From: an uncultured Acidobacteriota bacterium | GTDB lineage: Bacteria; Acidobacteriota; UBA6911 | Length of the DNA: 64,000 nt | NCBI GenBank assembly: GCA_963843575.1 | Contig: CAWJKZ010000017.1 | Coordinates: forward strand, 160,001 to 224,000 | Direction: 5' to 3' | Part shown: positions 29,513-38,594 of the stretch, one piece after another | How positions within the stretch are numbered: position 1 is the stretch's first letter | Layout: each line of letters begins with the position of its first letter | Translations under genes and position numbers: made by a program | The notes under the pieces: generated by a model | Databases searched by the model: none | What the model was told of the DNA's origin: nothing | Seen by the model: only the letters and a program-made list of their open reading frames with translations

Positions 29513-30568
29513 TCACTTCTCCCGGGTAACGGGCATAAACACCTTGATCTCCCGCCGGACCGGGTCGGCGGCGGCTATCCGCCCCTTGGAATCGACGGCC
29601 AGGCGAATCGTGGTGCAGCCCGGGTCGAAGTGCTCCGGGCCGATGACGCCCAGCAGCTTCCCTTCCCGTTCGTACACCTTGACCCGGGACACCATCTTCT
29701 CCCCCGTTACGATGGTGCCGTCAGGGGCAAACGCGACGTCCACCGGGTTGCAGCAACCGACAAAATCCTCGGGACGGGTCATCCCGAACTTGCCGAAGGA
29801 TCCGCGGGGAGAGCCGTCGAGCGCCCAGAGCGTCACCCGGTGACGCCCGGTATCGCCGGCAACCACGATCCCGTTTGAATCGACGTCGAAGTCAAGCGAC
29901 CGGTTCGGCAAGATAAACGTCCCTGTCTTGGTGCGGCTCCCGATCTCCCCGATGAGCCGTCCGTCCATCGTGTGGCGCCGGATCAGGCGTGCCGCAGCAT
30001 CTGCCACCAGCACTTCCCCGCCAAATACCTTGATCGCGGTGATCGCTGCGGGGCGACCCGGTGTTCCGGCGGTGAAACCTCCCACACGGGCGCCCGTGCC
30101 TTCGAAGATGTGGACGCGGTCCGCGCCCCCGACAAACACGCGACCGTCGGAGGCCGCCGCGAGACAGGCCGCGGAATCGGGCGCTTTCCAGCTCTTGACC
30201 AGCGTGCCGTCCGGTGCAAAAACGCGGACCTCCGCATCCCCCAGCCCGTAGAGGACGTCCCCGGGACCGATCGTAACGCCGGCAAGGGACGCGCGGAAAG
30301 GATGGGCGGATCCGGCGCCGCCGAGCACCAGCGTTCGGACATACTCCCGGCCGAGGTCGGACGCCGCGTGCACGACAGGCTGCAACACGGTGAACGGGTT
30401 GCCCGCTGGAGAGGCAGGGCGGGGCGGCAACACCGGCTCGGGCCGCTCCCGGAACACCGCGGCCGCAAACGCCGCGACGGCTCCGACAGCCGCGGCGGGC
30501 GGGAACCACGATTTGCGGAACCGCTCCAGCAGCCCGGTTGCGACCGTTTCCTTCTCACCCGGTCCCAT
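29513..30568 (-). CDS. NHL-repeat beta-propeller protein with N-terminal anchor
   Basis: GGAGG RBS before ATG 30568; NHL-like blades (FDVDSNGIVVAGDTGRHRV, VDVAFAPDGTIVTGEK); FVGCCNP motif. Confidence 0.7.
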   Translation of the reverse strand: MGPGEKETVATGLLERFRKSWFPPAAAVGAVAAFAAAVFRERPEPVLPPRPASPAGNPFTVLQPVVHAASDLGREYVRTLVLGGAGSAHPFRASLAGVTIGPGDVLYGLGDAEVRVFAPDGTLVKSWKAPDSAACLAAASDGRVFVGGADRVHIFEGTGARVGGFTAGTPGRPAAITAIKVFGGEVLVADAAARLIRRHTMDGRLIGEIGSRTKTGTFILPNRSLDFDVDSNGIVVAGDTGRHRVTLWALDGSPRGSFGKFGMTRPEDFVGCCNPVDVAFAPDGTIVTGEKMVSRVKVYEREGKLLGVIGPEHFDPGCTTIRLAVDSKGRIAAADPVRREIKVFMPVTREK

Positions 30569-30581
30569 CACGCCTCCCTCC

Positions 30582-31860
30582 CTACCTGCCCGCTCCGCCG
30601 ACCTGCAGACAAACCATCTGGTGCATGTCGCGGATGACGAGCTTCCCATTGGAGAGGGCGAGGGGGCCCCAGACCTCGTCGCCGCCGAGGATCTGGGCGC
30701 TCGCCAGTTCCTTGTACTGCGTCGTGTTCGCCTCAACGAGCCGGAGCATTCCGGTCCGCCCGTCCAGCAGGAAGAACATGCCGTCGGCCAGGAAGAATCC
30801 GCCCAACTCGAAGGTGCGGGCGCCGCCGGGATCGGTGGACGTCACGGGACTCTGCCAGACGACCTTCCCATCGAGCGCGACACACATGAAACGTCCCCTA
30901 GTCTTGCTCCCCACCGCGAACAGGTGGTTCTGAAAGAGGATGGGGGTGTGCACCTCGGAATTGAACTGCGTGCTCGCCAGATCGTAAAGTTTCCTGGCCG
31001 TAAAACCCGCGGCCGACTTCTCGACCTGGTACATCGCGCTCCCGGCCTCGTAGCCGCTGGTGACAAAAACCCTTCCGTCCCCAATCGACACCGGGGAGGG
31101 CACGGCCGCCATCTTGGCGACAAACGGCGAGCTCCACAGGAACTTGCCGTCGGCGGCGGCGACGCCGACTACGCTTTTCATCGTCAGGTACAGGTACTGC
31201 TTCACCCCCCCGATGGTCGCCGGCATCAGCGACGAGTGGCTCATCAGGTCTCTTTCGACGTTGGGCGTCCGCCAGATCTCTTTCCCGGTCGCTTGATCGA
31301 AGGCCACCACCAGCGCGGCGCCGCCTGTGGCCACGATGACGCGGTCGCCGTCCAGAAGCGGGTTCTGCCCGGCGTACCAACTGGGTATCGTCGCCTTGTA
31401 TTCCTGGACCAGGTTCTTCTGCCAGACCAGCTTCCCGGTGCGAGCGTCCAGGGCGTGGAAGCGGCACTTCGGATCGAGGGCGAAAACCAGTTTGGGTCCG
31501 ACGGACGGCACGGAACGGGTGATCCCGTGGTTGGGCCTGATCTCAACCGCATAGCTCCACCGCCACAGGTCTTTCCCGTCGGCCAGCGCGATGCAGCGCA
31601 CGACGTGCTCTTTTTTCGCCGCGTCGTAGTCGTTCAGATAAATGCGCCCGTCGCGGATGGCCGCCCCGGCATAGCCCTCACAGACGGGAGTCCTCCACAG
31701 GACTTTCGGCCCGCCTGCAGGCCAGGAGCGCAGCAAGCCTGTCTCGGTAGAGATGTTGTCCCGGGCGAGCCCCGCGGAACTGCGGCCAGTCGACGCCGGA
31801 AACCATTATGGCAGATACACTTAAAGCAATAATAAAGAAGCCGGAAAGGCGACCGAACAT
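30582..31860 (-). CDS. PQQ-like (BamB-type) beta-propeller secreted protein, +1 frameshift near 31770
   Basis: Signal peptide then DWPQFRG..RDN; repeats of A.D..TGK..W (ALDARTGKLVW, AFDQATGKEIW, VAAADGKFLW). Confidence 0.82.
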
Positions 31861-32082
31861 AAGATCGTTCCTCGCGACAGACCAGCCCCTATCCGCACAA
31901 AACCCGAGAGCTGTCATCTTTCCATTGATGAAAACCGGGTTCAAGTACAAAAAACAGACCGCCGGCCCCGATTTCGTGTACCTTAAGGAGCAGGTGGGGA
32001 GCCGGGCTCGGGCCCGACTCCCACCGCAACTGTGACTGTCATCGTATTCGAGCCGGAAGATTCCGGCGGAAAAGGGGGCACA

Positions 32083-32595
32083 ATGAAGCTGAAAGTCCGC
32101 GGTTGTATTGCATTGGCTGCCGTGCTGGCGACTGCGGCACTCGTCGCCGCTCATCCTCATTTCAACAAGACCATCACGGTAAAGCTGCCGAGCGGGGTCG
32201 AGGCTGTCATCACCTACAACACGACCCCTGCCAACGAGGCGAACGCCGAGAAGGCGGCGGTCGGGGCCTTCGTCACGCCCCGGCGCCCGATGCTGAAGCT
32301 CTCCGCAGAGTTGAAGGCAGGCGCGGTGACCATACCGGCAGGCGAGTACACGATAGGGGTGATTAAGAACTCGCAAGACGACTGGACGATGGCGCTGTAT
32401 CCGGGCCAGGTCGCCCGCGGCCAGGAACCGGAAGCGGCCAAGCTGATCAAGCTCGAATCGATGTATGCCAAGGGGGCCGAAGGCGCTGCACCCCACATGC
32501 TCATCGACATCTCCCCGGGATCCGGGAAATTCGAGGGGCGCGCGGTGCTCACGATCCACTTCGGCACCCTGTTCCTCGCCGGCGCTCTCTCCTGA
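32083..32595 (+). CDS. DUF2911-like secreted protein
   Basis: Signal peptide; GAVTIPAGEYTI motif typical of DUF2911. Confidence 0.6.
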   Translation: MKLKVRGCIALAAVLATAALVAAHPHFNKTITVKLPSGVEAVITYNTTPANEANAEKAAVGAFVTPRRPMLKLSAELKAGAVTIPAGEYTIGVIKNSQDDWTMALYPGQVARGQEPEAAKLIKLESMYAKGAEGAAPHMLIDISPGSGKFEGRAVLTIHFGTLFLAGALS

Positions 32596-32808
32596 GGCGT
32601 ACGGTTTCGTTTGACCGGGCGGGACGCCGGACGCCCCGCCCGAGGTCGGTCTTCACTTCTCGCCGCGCATTCCTCCTCATTCAAACCGGGTACCCTTCTT
32701 GGAAGTTCGTATGCCCCTTCTGGTCGACCCGGATCCCACATGGTATGGTTCCACGCAGGGACCTGGTTCAGGTTTCCGTCCCCCTGAAAGCACGAGGAGG
32801 AGCTTTTT

Positions 32809-33850
32809 CTGCGAACTCGAGACATATTGCGTGCGTGGGGGCTGATTCTAGCCGGCAGAACCCCTTCCCTCTCCATCGAAATCACCCGTGAATGCCCGCT
32901 CTCCTGCCCCGGCTGCTATGCCTACGGCGAGAACCATCTCGGAAACTCCACTCTGCTGCGCGACCTGCGGGACTTCAAGGGCAGGGATCTGACAGAGGGC
33001 ATCCTGCGCCTGGTCGACACCCACCGTCCGCTTCATGTCTCGCTGGTAGGCGGGGAGCCGCTGGTGCGGTTCCGCGAGCTTTCCGAAGTGCTCCCGGCTC
33101 TCGATGCGAAGGGCGTCAACGTCCAGGTGGTCACCAGCGCCGTGCGCCCCATTCCGCTGGAGTGGCGTCGTTTGCGCCTGCTGAACATCGTCGTCTCTAT
33201 CGATGGCCTGCAGCCCGAGCACGATGCGCGGCGCAAGCCCGCAACCTACGACCGCATTCTCAGGCACATCGAAGGGCACCGCATCACGGTGCACTGCACG
33301 GTGACCCAGCAGATGACCGCAGGACGTGGACTACCTGGAGAGGTTCACCGATTTCTGGAGCCGGCGCGATGAGGTGCGCAGGATCTGGATGAGCCTTTTC
33401 ACGCCGCAACAGGGGGACAGCAATGCCGAAATCCTGTCACCGGCAGCCCGGGAATGGGTCATCGGCACCATTTCGAAACTGCGTGGCCGGTTCCCGAAAC
33501 TTGAGATGCCCCAGGGCCTGCTCGAGGTCTACCGCAGGCCACCGGAGAGCCCGGATCGGTGCATTTTCGCCCTGACGACGCGATCCATTTCCGCAGATCT
33601 GCAGCGGGTGATCACACCATGTCAATTCGGAGGGCGGCCCGACTGTTCGCAGTGCGGGTGCATCGCCTCGGCTGCTTTGGGCGCCGTGGGGCGCCACCGG
33701 CTTCCTCTCGGAATCCAGGTGGGGACCATTTACCGGGCGTCCTACCGGATCGGGCAGTGGTGGAGCCGCGTGCGGCGTTCGAGCCACCCAGAGCTCCGGC
33801 CGGTGCGCGGACCGCAAGGCCTGCGCGTCCTGAGCGACTCCGCCAAGTGA
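32809..33850 (+). CDS. Radical SAM protein with C-terminal Cys cluster, +1 frameshift near 33319
   Basis: EITRECPLSCPGC (CxxxCxxC), LVGGEPL, VSIDG; C-terminal PCQFGGRPDCSQCGC in ORF 33326..33850; probable CTG start after GAGGAGGAG. Confidence 0.85.
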
Positions 33851-33881
33851 GCACCTCGAGTGTCCCGCAAAAACACGATGT

Positions 33882-33906
33882 GGGCCGCGTCGGGCCGACG
33901 CGGCCC
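33882..33906. terminator. GC hairpin between convergent genes (possible bidirectional terminator)
   Basis: GGGCCGCGTCG-GGC-CGACGCGGCCC perfect stem; no U-tract. Confidence 0.4.
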
Positions 33907-33909
33907 GCC

Positions 33910-35343
33910 TCAGCTAAGGCTGCGGAAAACACCGGAGCGGCGCGAAGGATAGGAACTTCGCACGAGGTTGCGCTCGGCGATGGGCGCATAGGCCAGGAGG
34001 ACCACGCAGATGATGGTCAGGCCCAGGCGCCACCGCGGGTAGAGCATCAGGGGGGACAGCGCCCACACCTCGCTGATCAGAAACAAAAATGGGAAAAGCC
34101 TGCGGTACTGCATGCCGGTTTCGGGATCGTCGAAGCCGACGGAGGCGATCAGGTACATCCGGACAGCGATCCCGCACACGCCGGTGATCATCATCAGAGT
34201 TGTCAGGTATCGGGCGATGGCCGATGCGCGGGTATAGTCGGTCGTGACCCATTCCCGGGTCAGCCCGAGTAGCGCGTTGACGGCGTCGCCCAAATAGAAG
34301 AGAGTCACGCCATAGATCGCCAGATACATCACCTGCATGAGGATCGTCAACACCTTCGATATCGACCGGGGAATCACCGCCAGGTCGCGCTCCCGTAGGG
34401 CCATCCCGCCGGAACCCTGCGGCGAGCGCAGCCGCCCGAGGTCTTCGGCGAGCATGCGGGCGCTGGGGTAACGGTCCTCCCGCCGCTTCTGCATGCACCT
34501 CCTGATGACGAACTGCAGTTCGGGGGAGATGTTCGCAGACCCTGGCGGAAGCGCCGGGGTCTCCGGCGACATGATGCGCGCTATCGTCGTGGTCGTGCTG
34601 TCTGCCTGAAACGGGTTGGTACCGGTCACCATCTCATAAAGCACTATGCCAAGCGAGAAGATATCGGTTCGCGCGTCCACGGCGCCGCCGGCAATCTGCT
34701 CTTGGGACATGTACTGCACCGTGCCGACGATCGTCCCCTCCTTCGTCTCGAAAAACGTTCCCGACTTGGTGGATTCCGTCTTCGACACGAAATCGGCGCC
34801 GAGCCTCTTGGCCAGCCCGAAGTCGAGGATCTTGACCCGGCCCTCGGGCGTGATCATGATGTTCTGCGGTTTGATGTCGCGGTGCAGGATGCCCTTTTCG
34901 TGGGCGTGCGTCAGGGCGCCCGCCAGTTGGCTGCCGATGTCGACGATCGTGCTCTCAGGGATGGCCCCTTCCGCGATCAGCGTGTCGAGCCGCTTCCCCT
35001 CGACAAACTCGTAGACAATAAACTCCCTCCCTTCGTGCTCCGCGTAGTCGAGCACGCTCACGATGGAGGGGTGGTTCAGGGCAGCGGCCGCCCGCGCTTC
35101 CTGGCGAAATCGGGCCTTCCCGTCGCCGGAAAGTGCGATTTTCTTTAGGAACTTGACGGCGACGGTCTTGCCGAGCGAGTTGTCGTGCGCGCGGTAGACG
35201 TCGGCCATGCCCCCGCTGCCCACACATTGCTCGATCGTGTATCGTCCGAGGCGCTCTTTCATCGGGCGGAGAACTCCGGCACCCCCGTCGCGGTCCGAAT
35301 CCGGTGACGGTGCCGGGTCCGCGACTGTCACCGTTGCGTTCAT
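33910..35343 (-). CDS. Hanks-type Ser/Thr protein kinase with C-terminal TM bundle
   Basis: GSGGMADVY, VAVK, HRDIKPQN, DFGLAK, GTVQYMSQEQ, DIFSLG; about 4 C-terminal TM helices. Start uncertain (35262-35409). Confidence 0.9.
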   Translation of the reverse strand: MNATVTVADPAPSPDSDRDGGAGVLRPMKERLGRYTIEQCVGSGGMADVYRAHDNSLGKTVAVKFLKKIALSGDGKARFRQEARAAAALNHPSIVSVLDYAEHEGREFIVYEFVEGKRLDTLIAEGAIPESTIVDIGSQLAGALTHAHEKGILHRDIKPQNIMITPEGRVKILDFGLAKRLGADFVSKTESTKSGTFFETKEGTIVGTVQYMSQEQIAGGAVDARTDIFSLGIVLYEMVTGTNPFQADSTTTTIARIMSPETPALPPGSANISPELQFVIRRCMQKRREDRYPSARMLAEDLGRLRSPQGSGGMALRERDLAVIPRSISKVLTILMQVMYLAIYGVTLFYLGDAVNALLGLTREWVTTDYTRASAIARYLTTLMMITGVCGIAVRMYLIASVGFDDPETGMQYRRLFPFLFLISEVWALSPLMLYPRWRLGLTIICVVLLAYAPIAERNLVRSSYPSRRSGVFRSLS

Positions 35344-35459
35344 CCTCGGCATCCGGAACAGCCCGGAAATCCATCGGCCCGACAAAACGGATCGTGTGTT
35401 CGTTACCATGGCCCGGCTCCCGGTCAGTCGACCGTCCGAACACCGGGGTGGGCTTCGCG

Positions 35460-37163
35460 TCAGGGCACCTTTCGGGAGCGGCCCGGCGCGTGAGTCCATC
35501 CTAACACTTCCAGTAATCCCCTGCCCTGATATCCCAGGATCACCTCGACGGGCAACGCCCAGCCTCCGTCCGCCCGCCTCGTCTCGATGGACACGCAGGC
35601 GATGGGGAAGCGGCCATAGCGGTCGGGTTTGGCACGCGCGGCGGGAAGCGCGGCGACCGTCTTGCCAAGGTCCAGTTCGCCCGCGCCGGCGGATGAAAGT
35701 GTTTCGGGTATCAGTCTGCGGCCGCGTGTGTCCTCGACGTGGTAGCGGTAAACGGGCGCCCCGGTGCCATAGCTCCGTTCGGAGGCGAGGTTTCTGAACA
35801 GCAACCGGAATTGGGAGCCGTCCTGGCGCAGCCTGAAGTCCTCGAGCGCTGTGATCCCGCCCAGCCAGTGGCGGCCGATCAGGTCCCGCCGCAGCCGCAG
35901 CGTGTCGCTCACGTACCGGGTGACTTCGGGACGGGAGTATTCCCCTGCTTCGGCCAGGTTTTCGATCACAGCGTCGGGAAAGGCCGTGACAATCTTGGCG
36001 CCCCAATAGGCGTCGCCGGCATCCGTGCGTTCAAAGGAAAGGTTCGGATAATTAGGTTTCCAGCTGCCCGGCTCGAATAGGACGCTGTCATAGTAGCCAA
36101 CCTCGGGATAACGGATCCTGCCCTGAACTTCCCAAGGGCGACGCCAGATACCAAGGCTGACCAGGGACTTCCCCATGGCCGGGCCATCGAATATGTACTC
36201 GTGGCCGACCCGGTAGGGGCCGTTGATGAAATCACCACTGCCCATGGCAGACCCGAAATCGAGCATGAAGTGTCGGACGAATCCGCCGCCGTCGCGCCCC
36301 GCCACATACACGTCGAGCGCGTTCTTGTCGCCCACGTCGACGTGGTTAATCCAAGAGGCAATGACCCTCATGCCGCGCAGCTCGCGACGCATTTCGTGCG
36401 GGATCAGGTCGTTGGGGTCGTCTTTCCTTCTTCCGGCATATACGAATCGCCCGATCGGTTTGCCTGGCAGGTAGAGGCTGGCCAGTCCACGGTAACGGCC
36501 CTCGACGGGCGCCAGCTTCGACAGCATCGCCTCAAGGTCCGCAGGCGTCAACTTGCGGCGCTTGTTGGTGGGGTCCCGGTAATAGGAATCCGGCCCGAGC
36601 GTCAGGTCTTCCCGGCGGAAGTACACGACGCTGTTGTGGGGGACGTTGTAGCCGGCGGCGTGCATGATCAGGGTGCAGATGCGCTCGGCGGCCGAGTTCC
36701 TCTCCGGCGCGGTCGGAAGGTCGAACTTGAGCACGTATCTCCGGCCCGCGGCGTCGACGACGTCCAGCTTCGGCGTATATCCCTCGTCGTTGACCCGGAT
36801 GATTGTCCACGGCCCCGGCCGGGGCGGTGCGCCCTCGAGTCCCGACAGGATTTCCCCGAATGTCATCGAGGCGAGCCCCATGCGGGTGGAGAACCACGCC
36901 GACTCGGGCACCTCGTCCCACGCGTTGACGTTCAGCGCGCCGTGATCGGCGGCGCAGATCGCCTTGTATTCCGCATCCAGGTGCCGGAACCAGGAGTTGT
37001 AGAAAATCGCATACAGCTCGGAAACCTGCCGTTCCGCTGGTTGCGGCACGGATCGACTGTCCGCATCGGCGCGCAGAGGAGGCCGCAGACGGAGTTCGGG
37101 GCCCGCCAAGACCGCGTGCGCTGGCCACAGCACCAAGCCAAGTAGGATGCAGGCGGCTTTCAT
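35460..37163 (-). CDS. Secreted hypothetical protein with atypical (HipA/PI3-4K/CotH-like) kinase motifs
   Basis: Signal peptide MKAACILLGLVLWPAHAVLA; GYTPK, YVLKFD, AAERI, NHVDVGDKN, LDFGS. Confidence 0.65.
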   Translation of the reverse strand: MKAACILLGLVLWPAHAVLAGPELRLRPPLRADADSRSVPQPAERQVSELYAIFYNSWFRHLDAEYKAICAADHGALNVNAWDEVPESAWFSTRMGLASMTFGEILSGLEGAPPRPGPWTIIRVNDEGYTPKLDVVDAAGRRYVLKFDLPTAPERNSAAERICTLIMHAAGYNVPHNSVVYFRREDLTLGPDSYYRDPTNKRRKLTPADLEAMLSKLAPVEGRYRGLASLYLPGKPIGRFVYAGRRKDDPNDLIPHEMRRELRGMRVIASWINHVDVGDKNALDVYVAGRDGGGFVRHFMLDFGSAMGSGDFINGPYRVGHEYIFDGPAMGKSLVSLGIWRRPWEVQGRIRYPEVGYYDSVLFEPGSWKPNYPNLSFERTDAGDAYWGAKIVTAFPDAVIENLAEAGEYSRPEVTRYVSDTLRLRRDLIGRHWLGGITALEDFRLRQDGSQFRLLFRNLASERSYGTGAPVYRYHVEDTRGRRLIPETLSSAGAGELDLGKTVAALPAARAKPDRYGRFPIACVSIETRRADGGWALPVEVILGYQGRGLLEVLGWTHAPGRSRKVP

Positions 37164-38461
37164 CGTTTGTATGCTCCGTACCTTGTCGGCCCTCGCAGCG
37201 GAGGGCGTTGCCGGTCTCCAAACAGGATGTGGAACTGGAGCCCCTCGCTGCTGTGCCCGAGTTCGATGCGGACCACGGTCCCGGTCTCCGTGTGGTAGCG
37301 GAAACCGAATCCATAGTTTCGGTGCCAGTTCAGCCAGGTCAGATCGTCGGTGCGGTCGAATATCTGTCCCTCGTCGAAAAATGGGACGGCTTCGACATTC
37401 GGGTGCAGGCGATAGCGGTATTCCAAAGAGAGCAGCAGGAGATTCGTCCCGGAAAAGCGGTCGACTCCGAAACCTCTCAGCGTGGAGGACCCGCCGATGC
37501 GTGGCAGGAGATAGAACGGGATGGGATCGCTCCCGCTGCGTCTGCGGTTGAACTCGAGGCTGGCCAGCCCGACGAAAGCGCTCCGCTGCCGCAGCACAGG
37601 CAGCCGCCCCTCGAGCTGCACCTCGTAGGTGAAATAGCTCAGCCGATTCCTGGCCCCCAGGCCATCCTGATGACTCGCCCCCGTGTGAAGCGCGCCGCCG
37701 AGTTGATAATCGCCCCTGATCCCGTCCAAGCTCAGGTATGAACCTACGCTCTGGAGCGTGGTCTGCCTCCCATACCCCGGCAGATCGGGGAAGAACGCCT
37801 CCGGCGAGGCAAGGGCCGGATTGGTCCCGGCGTGGGTCTCAAACCACCCGGTCCGGTATTCGCTCCCCCAACTTATCCAGGGGTAGGGCGTGATCTCGTA
37901 ACGGACGCCAGCCCACGTCTGGCGCAACGCAAAATTAGAGTGCTGCTCTCGGACCGATTTCTGCCCGATGCCGTAGAAATTTTCGCGCGGGCGCCACTGG
38001 TAGGATCCTTCGACAATCAAGCGGCTGAGACCCATTGAACTCGTCCAGGCGACATCGAATTCCTGGTACTTCGCAGTCGTCAGGCGGCCGACGAGGCTCA
38101 GTGAGGTCCTCTTTCCCCCAACCGTATACCCGGCCCCGCCTCCGAATCCGGTCCCTTCACCCACGCCGCCAAAATAAAGGGCGATGCCCCTATTGCGCAG
38201 CGCCTGGAGCCAGAGGGCGGTCCTTTGCCTTTGATAGGTCGCCTCGTATTTGATGAGGCCCTTTTCCATCCCGGCGGCCAGGAGCCGGGGAGGCACCGAT
38301 ACGGCACGCAGCAGGAAAAAGGCCGGTGGGTGCATGGCCCGCTCGACCTCGTCGGGCGTGGCGATACGGTCTTCCTGGGCTGGGAAGGCAACCGCGACAA
38401 GGTGCGTGACGCCGAGAACCAGGTAGAAAATCACTGCCGGGCCGTTCAGTCGATTCCCCAT
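37160..38461 (-). CDS. Omp85/BamA-TamA family beta-barrel lacking POTRA domains
   Basis: Signal peptide; IGGSSTLRGF (VRGF-like loop 6 motif), SLEYRY, PFFDEG, YGFGFRY; short helical N-terminus only. Confidence 0.8.
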   Translation of the reverse strand: MGNRLNGPAVIFYLVLGVTHLVAVAFPAQEDRIATPDEVERAMHPPAFFLLRAVSVPPRLLAAGMEKGLIKYEATYQRQRTALWLQALRNRGIALYFGGVGEGTGFGGGAGYTVGGKRTSLSLVGRLTTAKYQEFDVAWTSSMGLSRLIVEGSYQWRPRENFYGIGQKSVREQHSNFALRQTWAGVRYEITPYPWISWGSEYRTGWFETHAGTNPALASPEAFFPDLPGYGRQTTLQSVGSYLSLDGIRGDYQLGGALHTGASHQDGLGARNRLSYFTYEVQLEGRLPVLRQRSAFVGLASLEFNRRRSGSDPIPFYLLPRIGGSSTLRGFGVDRFSGTNLLLLSLEYRYRLHPNVEAVPFFDEGQIFDRTDDLTWLNWHRNYGFGFRYHTETGTVVRIELGHSSEGLQFHILFGDRQRPPLRGPTRYGAYKR

Positions 38462-38545
38462 GGCAGAATCCTCGACCGAGACAACGAAAGCCGATGCAGA
38501 GATGCGACGAGGTGCTGGTTGTTCGCGAGTATACCACTTCTGAGG

Positions 38546-38590
38546 GACGGCGGCTCGACGCCGTCGCAGGCGCCGAAGCGCCGCACTTCA
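38546..38590. repeat. REP-like family A degenerate copy
   Basis: GACGGCGGCTCGACGCCGTC and GGCGCCGAAGCGCCGCACTTCA. Confidence 0.55.
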
Positions 38591-38594
38591 GATT

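Noticed and set aside
30582-31860. BamB or a bona fide PQQ dehydrogenase
   Set aside because: No lipobox or bam context, and PQQ-binding residues cannot be confirmed by eye; reported only as a PQQ-like propeller.
11070-33325. Programmed ribosomal frameshifting
   Set aside because: The sites share no slippery heptamer or structure and fall in unrelated gene families.
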